From an uncultured virus (IMG/VR IMGVR_UViG_3300033141_000684) (lineage: Duplodnaviria; Heunggongvirae; Uroviricota; Caudoviricetes): 64,000 nucleotides of DNA. The position numbers and the translations under genes are program-made. The stretch lies in the IMG/VR virus record IMGVR_UViG_3300033141_000684. The stretch is one strand, 5' to 3'. Of the stretch, positions 1 to 8,753 are shown in pieces. The notes under the pieces were generated by a model. The model did not search any database. It was not told the DNA's origin and was given only the letters and a program-made list of their open reading frames with translations. Numbering within the stretch: position 1 is the stretch's first letter; every line of letters starts with the position of its first letter.

Positions 1-491
1 TGCTCTTCGAGGCGCTTGACTTCGAACAGCTCTTGACCGTGGCGGTTTGAGATCAGGCCGGCCAGATCGCGAGCGTGAGCGAAGAGGTGACGAGCTTCAG
101 AGTGCAGGCCGAGCAGTGCGGTGCGCTGCTTGCTCTCGAAGGTGCTGTACGGCTCGATCGCCTTGACTTCGTCGTCGTTGCGGCACTCGACCGTCTTGTA
201 CTGAGGGCGGCCCCGGTAGTCGCGACCTTCGCGAATCTTGAGCACGACGACCTTGACGTCTTCGGCGGTCATTTCGAGAAGCATCTCGGCGCGATCTTCG
301 CAGCGTGCGATGGTCGCAACGGTCAGCTCTTTGGACACTTCGAGGGGCAGCTCGTCAGAGCCTTCACACTGGCCGCTGAAGTATCCCCAGTCGACAGTGT
401 AACCATGCTTGGCAATGGTGCCGCGCTTGTTGTCAACCGCTTGAGTGCGGCCGCATATCTGACAAGTGCCTTTGTGAGTGTGCTTGGTCAT
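1..491 (-). CDS. Hypothetical early protein with a CxxC motif (MTKHTHKGTCQICGRT...), runs off the left edge
   Basis: ATG at 491 after an AGGAAA RBS and a promoter cassette; not in the ORF track because it has no stop in the window. Confidence 0.7.
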   Translation of the reverse strand, partial: MTKHTHKGTCQICGRTQAVDNKRGTIAKHGYTVDWGYFSGQCEGSDELPLEVSKELTVATIARCEDRAEMLLEMTAEDVKVVVLKIREGRDYRGRPQYKTVECRNDDEVKAIEPYSTFESKQRTALLGLHSEARHLFAHARDLAGLISNRHGQELFEVKRLEE

Positions 492-527
492 GTTTTCGTT
501 TCCTGCTTCGTTCAAGTGAGGTTGTAT

Positions 528-578
528 AATATAGTCAATGCCTTACCGTGTCAATGACTTATTGTAGAAAATTGTGAA
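528..578 (-). promoter_or_regulatory. Repeated early-promoter cassette copy 1 with twin GKCAWTGMC boxes
   Basis: TTGACA-17-TATTAT; gtcaatgcc-N7-gtcaatgac; upstream TCACA/TACA A/T tract. Confidence 0.75.
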
Positions 579-647
579 CTTTTTCACGCTTGACTTTTTA
601 TACTCGTCTGTTAAGTTCCCCGCTCGGGCGAACAGTAAGAGAGAAAA

Positions 648-1064
648 ATGAAAGAGAAAATCATCAAGGTGCTGTCGGCCATCGCGAAGCGCCAGCGGGT
701 CGGCCCGCCGGGCTACATGACTCGCTGGTTCTTGCTGACCATCGCGCCGCTGATCGAGGTGTACGTTCACCGCTTCGAGGGCGGCGATCAAGGCCGCGAC
801 TCGCACGATCACCCCTGGCTGCTTAACATCACGATCGTCTTGAAAGGCGAGTACCTCGAAGAGAGCTATGAGTACGGCCTGCGCACTGGGTCGCACTGGG
901 TCGAGTACGGCGCGCTCAGGCTCGGCCGGGCAGAGCATCGCATCGTCGAGACTGAGGGCGAGACGTGGACGATCTTTGTCGGCATCGGCCGCTGGCGTGA
1001 CTGGGGCTTTTGGAACCGTCGCGGCGACTTTACTCCGAACGATCAGTACAAACCCGAGGCTTAA
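648..1064 (+). CDS. Cupin-fold protein (phage HDHPW family)
   Basis: YVHRF...HDHPW...VLKGEYLEE and a later HRI motif typical of cupin metal sites. Confidence 0.65.
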   Translation: MKEKIIKVLSAIAKRQRVGPPGYMTRWFLLTIAPLIEVYVHRFEGGDQGRDSHDHPWLLNITIVLKGEYLEESYEYGLRTGSHWVEYGALRLGRAEHRIVETEGETWTIFVGIGRWRDWGFWNRRGDFTPNDQYKPEA

Positions 1065-1065
1065 C

Positions 1066-1569
1066 ATGAAAATCGACGGCAAGACCGCACGCATCGCCCT
1101 GCTCGTGATCTTCACGGCGCTCTTTTTCTGGGGCTTGTCCTCATCCGCTCACGCAAAGCACGAGGCCGTCGTCGGTCTGGGCATAGGCATCATTCACCTC
1201 GACGACAGCTACAAGACCCAGACCGTCGGCTACCGCTACAACCGGGCCTGGTCGATCGAGCTGACCCGTACCGGGCGCGCCTACACGCGAGACGACGATC
1301 TGCACGACGAGAACTGGCGCATCGCCGCGACCCGTTACGTGCACTGGCGCGAGGGTAAGCTCATCGAGCCCTGGCTGCGCTTCGGCGTCAACGTCTGGGA
1401 CGAAAAGCCCGCCGCTCTGGTCGATGACAATCTATGCTTCGATCTCGGGCTCGGAGTCAGCATCAACCGAGTCGCAGAGATCGGCTGGCTGCACTGCAGC
1501 ACCGCCGGCCGTACCGAACCGAACAACGGCATCGACGAGATTCAGTTACGTTTCAACATGAGGTTCTAA
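1066..1569 (+). CDS. Outer-membrane beta-barrel, PagL-like lipid A 3-O-deacylase family
   Basis: Signal peptide ending AHA, amphipathic beta strands, HCSTAGRTEPNNGID resembling the PagL H-x-S-N-A-G...PN-x-G motif, C-terminal Phe. Confidence 0.65.
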   Translation: MKIDGKTARIALLVIFTALFFWGLSSSAHAKHEAVVGLGIGIIHLDDSYKTQTVGYRYNRAWSIELTRTGRAYTRDDDLHDENWRIAATRYVHWREGKLIEPWLRFGVNVWDEKPAALVDDNLCFDLGLGVSINRVAEIGWLHCSTAGRTEPNNGIDEIQLRFNMRF

Positions 1570-1572
1570 AAC

Positions 1573-1905
1573 ATGAGCATCGAGATCGCGAAAATTCACT
1601 TTCATCAAGACGTCGACGTCGAGTTCGACTATGCCCGCGAGCGATGGGCTGCCCTCGACGACGAGAACACGATCAACGACTATGTCACCTATATCGCCAT
1701 GTATGCCAGCGACGCCGCGAAGGTGGCGCTCGTGGGCGACCTTAAAGCTCAGCGCGCTATGCTGGTCAAGGTGGCGAACCTGGCGATGACGGCCGCCGTG
1801 AGGATTGATACCGGCACCATGCCAGAGCGGCCGATCGACCTCGACACTGAGCGGTTCGTGCCGAACGGTCACGCGCACGGCCAGGGCAGAGCCTTCGAGG
1901 CGTAA
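1573..1905 (+). CDS. Hypothetical helical protein
   Basis: ORF tightly packed in the operon. Confidence 0.6.
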   Translation: MSIEIAKIHFHQDVDVEFDYARERWAALDDENTINDYVTYIAMYASDAAKVALVGDLKAQRAMLVKVANLAMTAAVRIDTGTMPERPIDLDTERFVPNGHAHGQGRAFEA

Positions 1906-1930
1906 AGAAACTGCTTGACAAGAGAACGCC

Positions 1931-2503
1931 ATGACGTTACCGAGAATAATCGGCTTTACTGGGCCGGCCAGGTCAGGAAAGGACACGGCTGCCGAGTACG
2001 TGATCACTAACTTCGGTTATAAAAGATACTCGTTCGCCATGCCGCTCAAGGCCGGGCTGCAGGCGATGCTGGGATTGACCGCTAGACACACAGACGGCGA
2101 TCTGAAAGAATCACAACTTGAGCCCTTTGGCAAGTCGCCTCGGGTAATGATGCAGACCATCGGCACCGAATGGGGCCGCGAGCTGATCAACCCGAGCATC
2201 TGGCTGCTCAGGGCTGACCAAGTCATCGCAGAATGGCAAGAACAAGACCCGGCCTTGCCGGGCGTGGTTATATCCGACGTGCGCTTCGAGAACGAGGCGA
2301 CCTGGCTGAGAGAGCAAGGCGGGCTTCTGATACATGTCAGTCGACCCGACGCTGCCGAGGTCGTCATACACGCATCTGAGGCCGGCGTCGCGTCTCATCC
2401 TGACGATTATTTAGCCCTCAACGATGGCAGTATTGACGAGCTGAATGAGCAGCTCGCCAGCATCATGAGGTTACACGATGACGCGGAACGTGGAGTATAT
2501 TGA
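1931..2503 (+). CDS. Deoxynucleoside monophosphate kinase
   Basis: GFTGPARSGKDT P-loop, SFAMPLK, RVMMQTIGTEWGR, ISDVRFENE, HASE motifs. Confidence 0.9.
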   Translation: MTLPRIIGFTGPARSGKDTAAEYVITNFGYKRYSFAMPLKAGLQAMLGLTARHTDGDLKESQLEPFGKSPRVMMQTIGTEWGRELINPSIWLLRADQVIAEWQEQDPALPGVVISDVRFENEATWLREQGGLLIHVSRPDAAEVVIHASEAGVASHPDDYLALNDGSIDELNEQLASIMRLHDDAERGVY

Positions 2504-2741
2504 AGAACAGCAGGTCGAGTTCATAGGGCAGCTCGAACAGCTACTTCATCGCGCCCGAGAGGGCAAGACTATCGGCTGCGTAATCTTCGAAATGGACAAC
2601 GAAGGCTACATTGAAGCTGAGCACCTCGGCATTCTACCCGACGATCGCTACTTGATCGGCTGCCTATCTGAACAGATCGCAGACTGCACGACTAACATGT
2701 CAGTCAACGCAGTCTTCGACGCAATGGAGGCGGCGAAGTGA
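2478..2741 (+). CDS. Hypothetical acidic protein
   Basis: ORF overlapping both neighbours. Confidence 0.6.
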   Translation: MTRNVEYIEEQQVEFIGQLEQLLHRAREGKTIGCVIFEMDNEGYIEAEHLGILPDDRYLIGCLSEQIADCTTNMSVNAVFDAMEAAK

Positions 2742-3148
2742 GCCAACCACAAACCGAACAAAAGCATCTCACGCTGCAAGAGGTCAGAGCGGTCGACGCA
2801 GCAGTCGCTCGGCATATTCGGCCGATTAAAGAATCAATTCGTGAGATTGAGCTGTCAGTCGCTCGCATGAGTGGGTCGCTAGACGAGCACAAGAAGGCCG
2901 TCTCGAAGCAACTTAATACCCTAACAGATGCGGTACACAAATCAATATCGACATCGTCCCGCGTCGCTGGCACAGTAGACCATCACGAAGCCGAGATCGC
3001 CGAACTATTCAGGCAAGGCAAAGGTGAAAAAAAGACAGGGTTTAATTTTACGCCTTCGCACCTCACGCTCGCTTTATGGCTCGGTCTCGGCCTCGTTGTT
3101 ATCGTCGGCGCTGCTTATGGTGTTGACGTTTTGGAGTTATGGAAATGA
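2738..3148 (+). CDS. Coiled-coil protein with C-terminal TM helix (lysis region)
   Basis: Hydrophobic LALWLGLGLVVIVGAAYG; GTGA overlap. Confidence 0.6.
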   Translation: MSQPQTEQKHLTLQEVRAVDAAVARHIRPIKESIREIELSVARMSGSLDEHKKAVSKQLNTLTDAVHKSISTSSRVAGTVDHHEAEIAELFRQGKGEKKTGFNFTPSHLTLALWLGLGLVVIVGAAYGVDVLELWK

Positions 3149-3459
3149 GCGGCGAAGCAATTAAAAATTGGTGGCCGCTGATCAGTGTCGCGGGCGTGGG
3201 GTTAATCGCATGGGGCGCAACTACGACAACAGTCGCGGCAGACAGCGCCAGAATCACGAAGGCCGAGTCGAAGATCGAGATGCTCGACGATCGAACTCAA
3301 GAGCAGACCGTGATCATCACGACGCAGACCATCAAGCTCGAAACACTCGAACAGACGACCGGCGACATCAAGGCCGACGTCGATACGATCGAGATCGACG
3401 TCAAAGAGATACTTCTCGAACTGCGGGCGATGCGCGCAGAGCAAAGGGCGCGGCAGTGA
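3139..3459 (+). CDS. N-terminal TM plus coiled-coil protein (holin/antiholin/spanin-like)
   Basis: TM segment then heptad repeats; directly upstream of endolysin. Confidence 0.55.
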   Translation: MEMSGEAIKNWWPLISVAGVGLIAWGATTTTVAADSARITKAESKIEMLDDRTQEQTVIITTQTIKLETLEQTTGDIKADVDTIEIDVKEILLELRAMRAEQRARQ

Positions 3460-4046
3460 GCGACGCATTCAACCAAGCAGTCGAGACAGTCTTCGAACAC
3501 GAGGGCGGGCTTGTCGATCATCCTGACGACCCCGGCGGCATTACAAACTATGGCATCTCGTTGCGCTGGGCTCTTCAGCAGCACAAGCAGGTCGGAGACA
3601 TCGCGCTAGAGCTTCTTGACTTCGATGGCGACGGTGACGTCGACGCAGATGACATTCGTCAGATGCCTCGGGCTGCAGCGAAGAGCGCCTACCTCAAATT
3701 CTTCTGGAAGCCGAACCGCTACGACCGCATATTGCAAGATCACGTCGCGACGAAGGTCTTCGACATGTGTGTCAATATGGGCGCGGGCCAGGCGCACAAA
3801 ATAGTGCAGAGAGCCGTGCGTTCTGCTACTGGCGTCAAGATCGCAGACGATGGTATACTCGGGCGGATTTCCCTGCAGCAGATCAACGGGGCTGATTCCG
3901 ACATTCTGCTCGCAGCGACGAGATCAGAGCAGGCCGGATTTTACCGGGCTTTGATTTTACGCAACGACGCACTACGCAAGAACGGCATCAAAGTGCACGA
4001 CTTCAGCAAATTCAAAGAAGGCTGGTTGAGACGTGCCTATAGCTGA
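3456..4046 (+). CDS. Endolysin, glycoside hydrolase family 108 with C-terminal peptidoglycan-binding region
   Basis: HEGGLVDHPDDPGGITNYGI, FDMCVNMG, DGILG, F..GWLRR; GTG start at 3456. Confidence 0.92.
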   Translation: MSDAFNQAVETVFEHEGGLVDHPDDPGGITNYGISLRWALQQHKQVGDIALELLDFDGDGDVDADDIRQMPRAAAKSAYLKFFWKPNRYDRILQDHVATKVFDMCVNMGAGQAHKIVQRAVRSATGVKIADDGILGRISLQQINGADSDILLAATRSEQAGFYRALILRNDALRKNGIKVHDFSKFKEGWLRRAYS

Positions 4047-4161
4047 GTCTCTGATTCACATCATAGAGGTGATCACCTCGGTCATCTCTGGCATTTTTTG
4101 GGTGACCGGGCTGATAGTCTGGGCTTTTGTTTTTGCGTTCATTCGAGGGTTCAAAAAATGA
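4033..4161 (+). CDS. 42-aa single-TM peptide
   Basis: MPIAESLIHIIEVITSVISGIFWVTGLIVWAFVFAFIRGFKK; ATGA overlap with next gene. Confidence 0.5.
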   Translation: MPIAESLIHIIEVITSVISGIFWVTGLIVWAFVFAFIRGFKK

Positions 4162-4676
4162 GCAAGCGAGACATCTGGGGCGCAGTAAAAGGCATTGTTT
4201 CGAGCGTCGCGCCAACTGTAGCAACCGCGCTTGGCGGGCCAGTGGGCGGCATTGCCGCGAACATGATCAAGAAGGCGCTCGGGGTCGATTCAGACGAGGC
4301 AGCCATTCAGGCGCTTCAGTCTGACCCCGAGGCAGTCTTGAAACTAAAGATCGCCGAGATCGACTTCGACAAGTTTCTCGTTGAGGCTGATATTCGCAAA
4401 GACGAGCTTGTTGTCGAAGACCGCAAAGACGCTCGCGATCTGAGTAAGACGCTCGGCACTATTTGGCCGCAGATGACCATCGTCATCGCGCTGACCTTCA
4501 TGATCGCCGGCGTGATCTATGCGCTCTTTAAAACCGCACCACCACCTGAGACCGAGAACATTCTCTTCATGGTGCTCGGGCAGCTCACAACGGCCTGGGC
4601 CGCGTCGATCTCGTTCTTCGTGGGCACGACTAAGTCGAGCGCAGACAAAAGTAAACAGATCGCGGGGGGTAGGTAA
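4158..4676 (+). CDS. Holin-like membrane protein
   Basis: APTVATALGGPVGG N-terminus, DRKDAR, two TM helices, FFVGTTKSS. Confidence 0.7.
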   Translation: MSKRDIWGAVKGIVSSVAPTVATALGGPVGGIAANMIKKALGVDSDEAAIQALQSDPEAVLKLKIAEIDFDKFLVEADIRKDELVVEDRKDARDLSKTLGTIWPQMTIVIALTFMIAGVIYALFKTAPPPETENILFMVLGQLTTAWAASISFFVGTTKSSADKSKQIAGGR

Positions 4677-5152
4677 TGGCTAACGGCGGGCGCATCACGA
4701 AAAAGAACCTCGACAAGTTTCTCTCGCTACTGCGCGAGGGTTATTCTGTGCGCTCTGCCGTGCGCGGTGCGCGCATCTCTTCGTCTGGCGTTTACAAGAA
4801 GCGAGACCAAGACCCAGAATTCAGAGCCGCCTGGCAAGATGCACTTGACGAGGGAACCGGGCTTTACGAAGACGAGATGAAGAACCGCGTCTTCGAAGGC
4901 GAACCGATACTCGGCCGCGAGGGCGAGATTGTCGGCTTCAAGAAAAGCGATCGGCTTCTTGAGTTCGCTCTGCGATCACGAGACCCCGAGACCTATGCCG
5001 AAAAGCGCAAGACCGAACTGACGGGCGCGAACGGTGGGCCGCTTGAGACGTCAAACACGACAGAGATCGCGTTGACGCCTGAAGCGAGACAGCAACGCAT
5101 TCGCGATCTACGCGAAGCACTGGGAAAGAGAGAGACATCTGAAGATGATTAA
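4676..5152 (+). CDS. Terminase small subunit
   Basis: N-terminal HTH, DPEFRAAWQDA, SDRLLEF, ELTGANGGPL; upstream of TerL. Confidence 0.85.
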   Translation: MANGGRITKKNLDKFLSLLREGYSVRSAVRGARISSSGVYKKRDQDPEFRAAWQDALDEGTGLYEDEMKNRVFEGEPILGREGEIVGFKKSDRLLEFALRSRDPETYAEKRKTELTGANGGPLETSNTTEIALTPEARQQRIRDLREALGKRETSEDD

Positions 5153-5690
5153 CATAGAACACGCCGATATGGTACGCAGCCTGGTCAAGCCGGGCCAGCA
5201 CATCATGATCTGGCTCGAAGACGACAGCGTCGACTTATGGCACGCAGCGACCGGCCTCGTCGGCGAAGTGGGTGAGCTTGTTGAATGCGTCAACAGCGAC
5301 CCGTTCGACCTTGAGAACTTCATCGAAGAGCTAGGCGACATTGAGTTCTACTTGTGTCAGGCTCGACAGAACCTTGAGATCGACCGCGACTTCATCGTCA
5401 ACATGGGCTATCACGCGAAGCCCATGCTGCCGATGACCGGCCTTATGATTGCCGCTTGCGGCTTTCTTGATCAGGTCAAGAAGACGGTCATCTACAACAA
5501 GCCGACCGACCGAACCGAGTGCATCAAAGCGCTCGCCGACATAGAGCGCAGGCTTGAAGAGATCAGGGCCGTGCGGCTCGTTGACCGCAGCGAGACGCTG
5601 CGCGCCAACATCGACAAGCTCTCGCAACGCTACCCGAACGCCTCTTACTCTGACGAACACGCTCAGGCGCGTCTCGACAAGACGGGCTAA
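5145..5690 (+). CDS. MazG-like NTP pyrophosphohydrolase
   Basis: HAATGLVGEVGEL, EELGDIEFY, NIDKLSQRYP motifs. Confidence 0.8.
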   Translation: MINIEHADMVRSLVKPGQHIMIWLEDDSVDLWHAATGLVGEVGELVECVNSDPFDLENFIEELGDIEFYLCQARQNLEIDRDFIVNMGYHAKPMLPMTGLMIAACGFLDQVKKTVIYNKPTDRTECIKALADIERRLEEIRAVRLVDRSETLRANIDKLSQRYPNASYSDEHAQARLDKTG

Positions 5691-5693
5691 GTC

Positions 5694-7208
5694 GTGGCGG
5701 CAGCGGTCGACGAACTGGCTGAGCTGCAGCTCGAACTCGAACTCAGCAAGCTAGAGAGTGAAGAGAGCCTAGTCGACTTTATCAAGCACGGCTGGCGCTG
5801 GGTCGACCCTGCCTTCTACGTTGACGGCAAGCATACCGAGATCATCGCCGTGCACCTCGAAGCGATGGTGCGCGGTGAGCTGACGCCAGACGAGGTCTCG
5901 AAGATTCTGATCAACATACCGCCGGGCCATCAAAAGAGCCTGACGGTTTGCGTGTTCTGGCCGGCCTGGTGTTGGGGGCCGCTCAACCGACCCGACCTGC
6001 GCTTCATGTTCACCTCGTACCGGGGCGAGCTGGCACTTCGAGACGCTGATCGCTCTCGCCAGCTCATCAAGTCGCAATGGTATCAGATGAACTGGGGCAA
6101 CCGCTTCGAGCTGATCAGATCGCAAGACAGCAAGGGTCGCTTCGGCAACAACAAGGGCGGCTACCGATACAGCACCTCGATCGCGGGCATCATGGGGGAA
6201 GGTGGCGACTATGTGATTCTCGACGACCCGCACAACGTCGAGCAGGCTGAATCAGTCGATGTCAGGAAAGAGATGATTCGCAAGCTCGACCTCGCGCTAC
6301 CGACTCGGGTGCGTAATCCGAAGGGCGGCATCGTCGTCATCATGCAGCGGTTGCACGAGCAAGACTTCAGCGGTCACGTACTGCGCAACGAGCCCGACGA
6401 ATGGGTTCACCTATGTCTGCCGGCAGAGTACGAGGCCGACCATCCGACGCCGATCAAGACGCCATTGATCAACCCGGCAACGGGTGAGCCCTGGTGCGAC
6501 TGGCGAACCGAAGACGGCGAGCTGCTCTTTCCTGAGCTATTTGACGGCAACCGAATTCAGAAGCTCAAGGCACCGCTCGGCGTGTATGGTGTCGCCGGCC
6601 AGCTACAGCAGCGGCCGACCCCTCGCGAGGGTACGATGTTCAAGCGAGAAGACCTTGAGAACAACGTCATCACGCTCGAAGAGTTCAAGAGGCTCAAGAT
6701 GCGCAAGTGGTGTCGAGGCTGGGACTTCGCCGCGAGCAAAGACAAGGGCGACTTCACCTCGAACGTAAAGGGTGCGCTTGGGGTTGACAACAATGTATAC
6801 TTCGTGTTCTGTCAAGAAGTGAGAGAGTCAAGCTCGACTGTCAGGGCGATGTTTAAGCGATTCGTCGAGGCCGATGGCACCGGCGTCATCGCCAGGATAC
6901 CGCAAGACCCCGGACAGGCCGGTAAAGATCAGGCCGAGCAGTATCTCAAGCTCATGCCAGGCTACCCGGTCAAGGCCGTGCGGCCTACTGGTGACAAAGA
7001 GACAAGAGCCGAGCCGCTCTCTTCAGGCGTGCAAGTGGGCACCGTGAAGTTCGTGCTCGGCGATTGGAACGACACAATGTTCGAACGGCTGGCCGGCTTT
7101 CCCGCTCCCGGCTCGCCTGACGATGTTGTTGACGCGGCGGCGGATTGCTACAACGAACTCACGCTCGGGAATAACTTTAGCAGCGGTCAAAAGATAATGC
7201 AGGGCTAA
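5694..7208 (+). CDS. terL: Terminase large subunit
   Basis: INIPPGHQKS Walker A, ILDDPH Walker B, IMQRLHEQD, GWDFA and DDVVDA nuclease motifs. Confidence 0.95.
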   Translation: MAAAVDELAELQLELELSKLESEESLVDFIKHGWRWVDPAFYVDGKHTEIIAVHLEAMVRGELTPDEVSKILINIPPGHQKSLTVCVFWPAWCWGPLNRPDLRFMFTSYRGELALRDADRSRQLIKSQWYQMNWGNRFELIRSQDSKGRFGNNKGGYRYSTSIAGIMGEGGDYVILDDPHNVEQAESVDVRKEMIRKLDLALPTRVRNPKGGIVVIMQRLHEQDFSGHVLRNEPDEWVHLCLPAEYEADHPTPIKTPLINPATGEPWCDWRTEDGELLFPELFDGNRIQKLKAPLGVYGVAGQLQQRPTPREGTMFKREDLENNVITLEEFKRLKMRKWCRGWDFAASKDKGDFTSNVKGALGVDNNVYFVFCQEVRESSSTVRAMFKRFVEADGTGVIARIPQDPGQAGKDQAEQYLKLMPGYPVKAVRPTGDKETRAEPLSSGVQVGTVKFVLGDWNDTMFERLAGFPAPGSPDDVVDAAADCYNELTLGNNFSSGQKIMQG

Positions 7209-7211
7209 ACA

Positions 7212-8753
7212 ATGGCAACACCAACAGCGAACGGCGTCGGCGGCGTCTCAACTCAGAACCGGCTCTACCAGCGGCAGCGCGAGAACTATGAACTCATGCG
7301 CGACGCGCTCGAAGGGCAATATCGAATCAAAGAGCAGGGCACGCAATACCTGCTCAAGCCGCCGGCTCTCGCCGTCGCAGGCAACGACCCGCAGGGCGCG
7401 AAGTACGCATTCTACAAGTCGTTCGCCGAATTCCCTGAGCTGGTCTCGCAGGCGCTCTTCGGCATTCAAGGCTTGATTCATCACCGGCCGCCGGTCATCG
7501 AGCTGCCTCGAACGCTGCAGTATCTTGAACAGCAAGCAACGCCAGACGGCAAGACGCTCGATGAACTTTGGATGGATGCAACCCGCGAGGTCTTCTTGAT
7601 GGGCCGCTTCGGGCTACTCCCCGAGGTTTATGAGAATCAGGTCTATCTCTGCCAGTATCACGCCGAGAGCATTCAGAACTGGCACAAGGTCAAGACCGAG
7701 AGCGGCATGTCTGCCTCGCTGGTCGTCTTGCACGAGCCGGTTGAAGAGGTCGTCACTGGCGACGGCTTTGGCGTTGACGAGGTCGACTACTATCGCGTGC
7801 TGAAGGTGGAAGACGGCCAGTATGTCGAGGAACTCTGGAGGGGTAACGACGTGCAGGCATCGACTGGCACGCAGCCCGAAGGCGTCGATGTTGAGATGCT
7901 GCCGAGCTACCCGATCGTGCCGTCTCGCATGGGCCGCAATTGGTCATTCATTCCCTTCGTGCCGATCAACGCGATCAACAACGAATATGACCCCGGCCAG
8001 ATCCCGCTGCTCGCAGTGGCTCAGAAGGCGCTCGACATGTACCGCAAGAGCGCGACCTATCACCGCACACTATACCTGAAAGGCGACCCGCCACTACTGC
8101 GCACCGGCTTCTCTCCCGAAGAGGCTGAGAGCGCCAACACGATCGGCGGCGGGGTAACCTGGGACGCAGCCAACCCCGAAGCCGACGCCAAGTATATCGA
8201 GCCGACGGGCGAGGTGATCTCTGACCAGCGACAGGCGATCATCGACGACCTAGAACAAGCTCAGCGGGCCATCGGCCGGCTTGTCGACAACAAGGGCGGC
8301 GGCGTCGAGTCAGGTGAGGCGCTCAGAGAGCGCAGAGCGGCGAACTCGGTTACTCTGGTCGGCGTACTGCAGTCGGTCGCCGAAGGCTTTGAGAAGGCGC
8401 TGCGCAACACCACGGTCGTCATGGGCGGCAATCCTGACGAGGTCGTCTTCAAGCCAAACCTCGACTTCATGGCTCCCGAGCTGACCGCAGACGACGTCGT
8501 CAAGTTCACGACCGCCAAGAATCAAGGCGCACCGATCAGCCTGCAGTCGCTTCACGACACTTTCAGACGGGGCGGCGTCACGCAGATCGACTTCGACGAA
8601 GAGATGCAGCTCATCGAAGACGAAGACGCGACCTTCAACATGCCGGGCGGCGACGACCCGGCAGACGCGGGCGACATCGGTCAGGACGAAGGCACCGACC
8701 CCGAAGACCTGCCAGAGACGCCAGACGCCGAAGAGGGTGACGAGGCTCAATAG
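7212..8753 (+). CDS. Portal protein (DUF4055-type)
   Basis: Position after TerL, size, IPFVPIN and VESGEALRER motifs, acidic tail. Confidence 0.85.
   Translation: MATPTANGVGGVSTQNRLYQRQRENYELMRDALEGQYRIKEQGTQYLLKPPALAVAGNDPQGAKYAFYKSFAEFPELVSQALFGIQGLIHHRPPVIELPRTLQYLEQQATPDGKTLDELWMDATREVFLMGRFGLLPEVYENQVYLCQYHAESIQNWHKVKTESGMSASLVVLHEPVEEVVTGDGFGVDEVDYYRVLKVEDGQYVEELWRGNDVQASTGTQPEGVDVEMLPSYPIVPSRMGRNWSFIPFVPINAINNEYDPGQIPLLAVAQKALDMYRKSATYHRTLYLKGDPPLLRTGFSPEEAESANTIGGGVTWDAANPEADAKYIEPTGEVISDQRQAIIDDLEQAQRAIGRLVDNKGGGVESGEALRERRAANSVTLVGVLQSVAEGFEKALRNTTVVMGGNPDEVVFKPNLDFMAPELTADDVVKFTTAKNQGAPISLQSLHDTFRRGGVTQIDFDEEMQLIEDEDATFNMPGGDDPADAGDIGQDEGTDPEDLPETPDAEEGDEAQ

Noticed and set aside
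75..557. 160-aa plus-strand ORF
   Set aside because: Antisense shadow of the minus-strand gene, which has the promoter and RBS.
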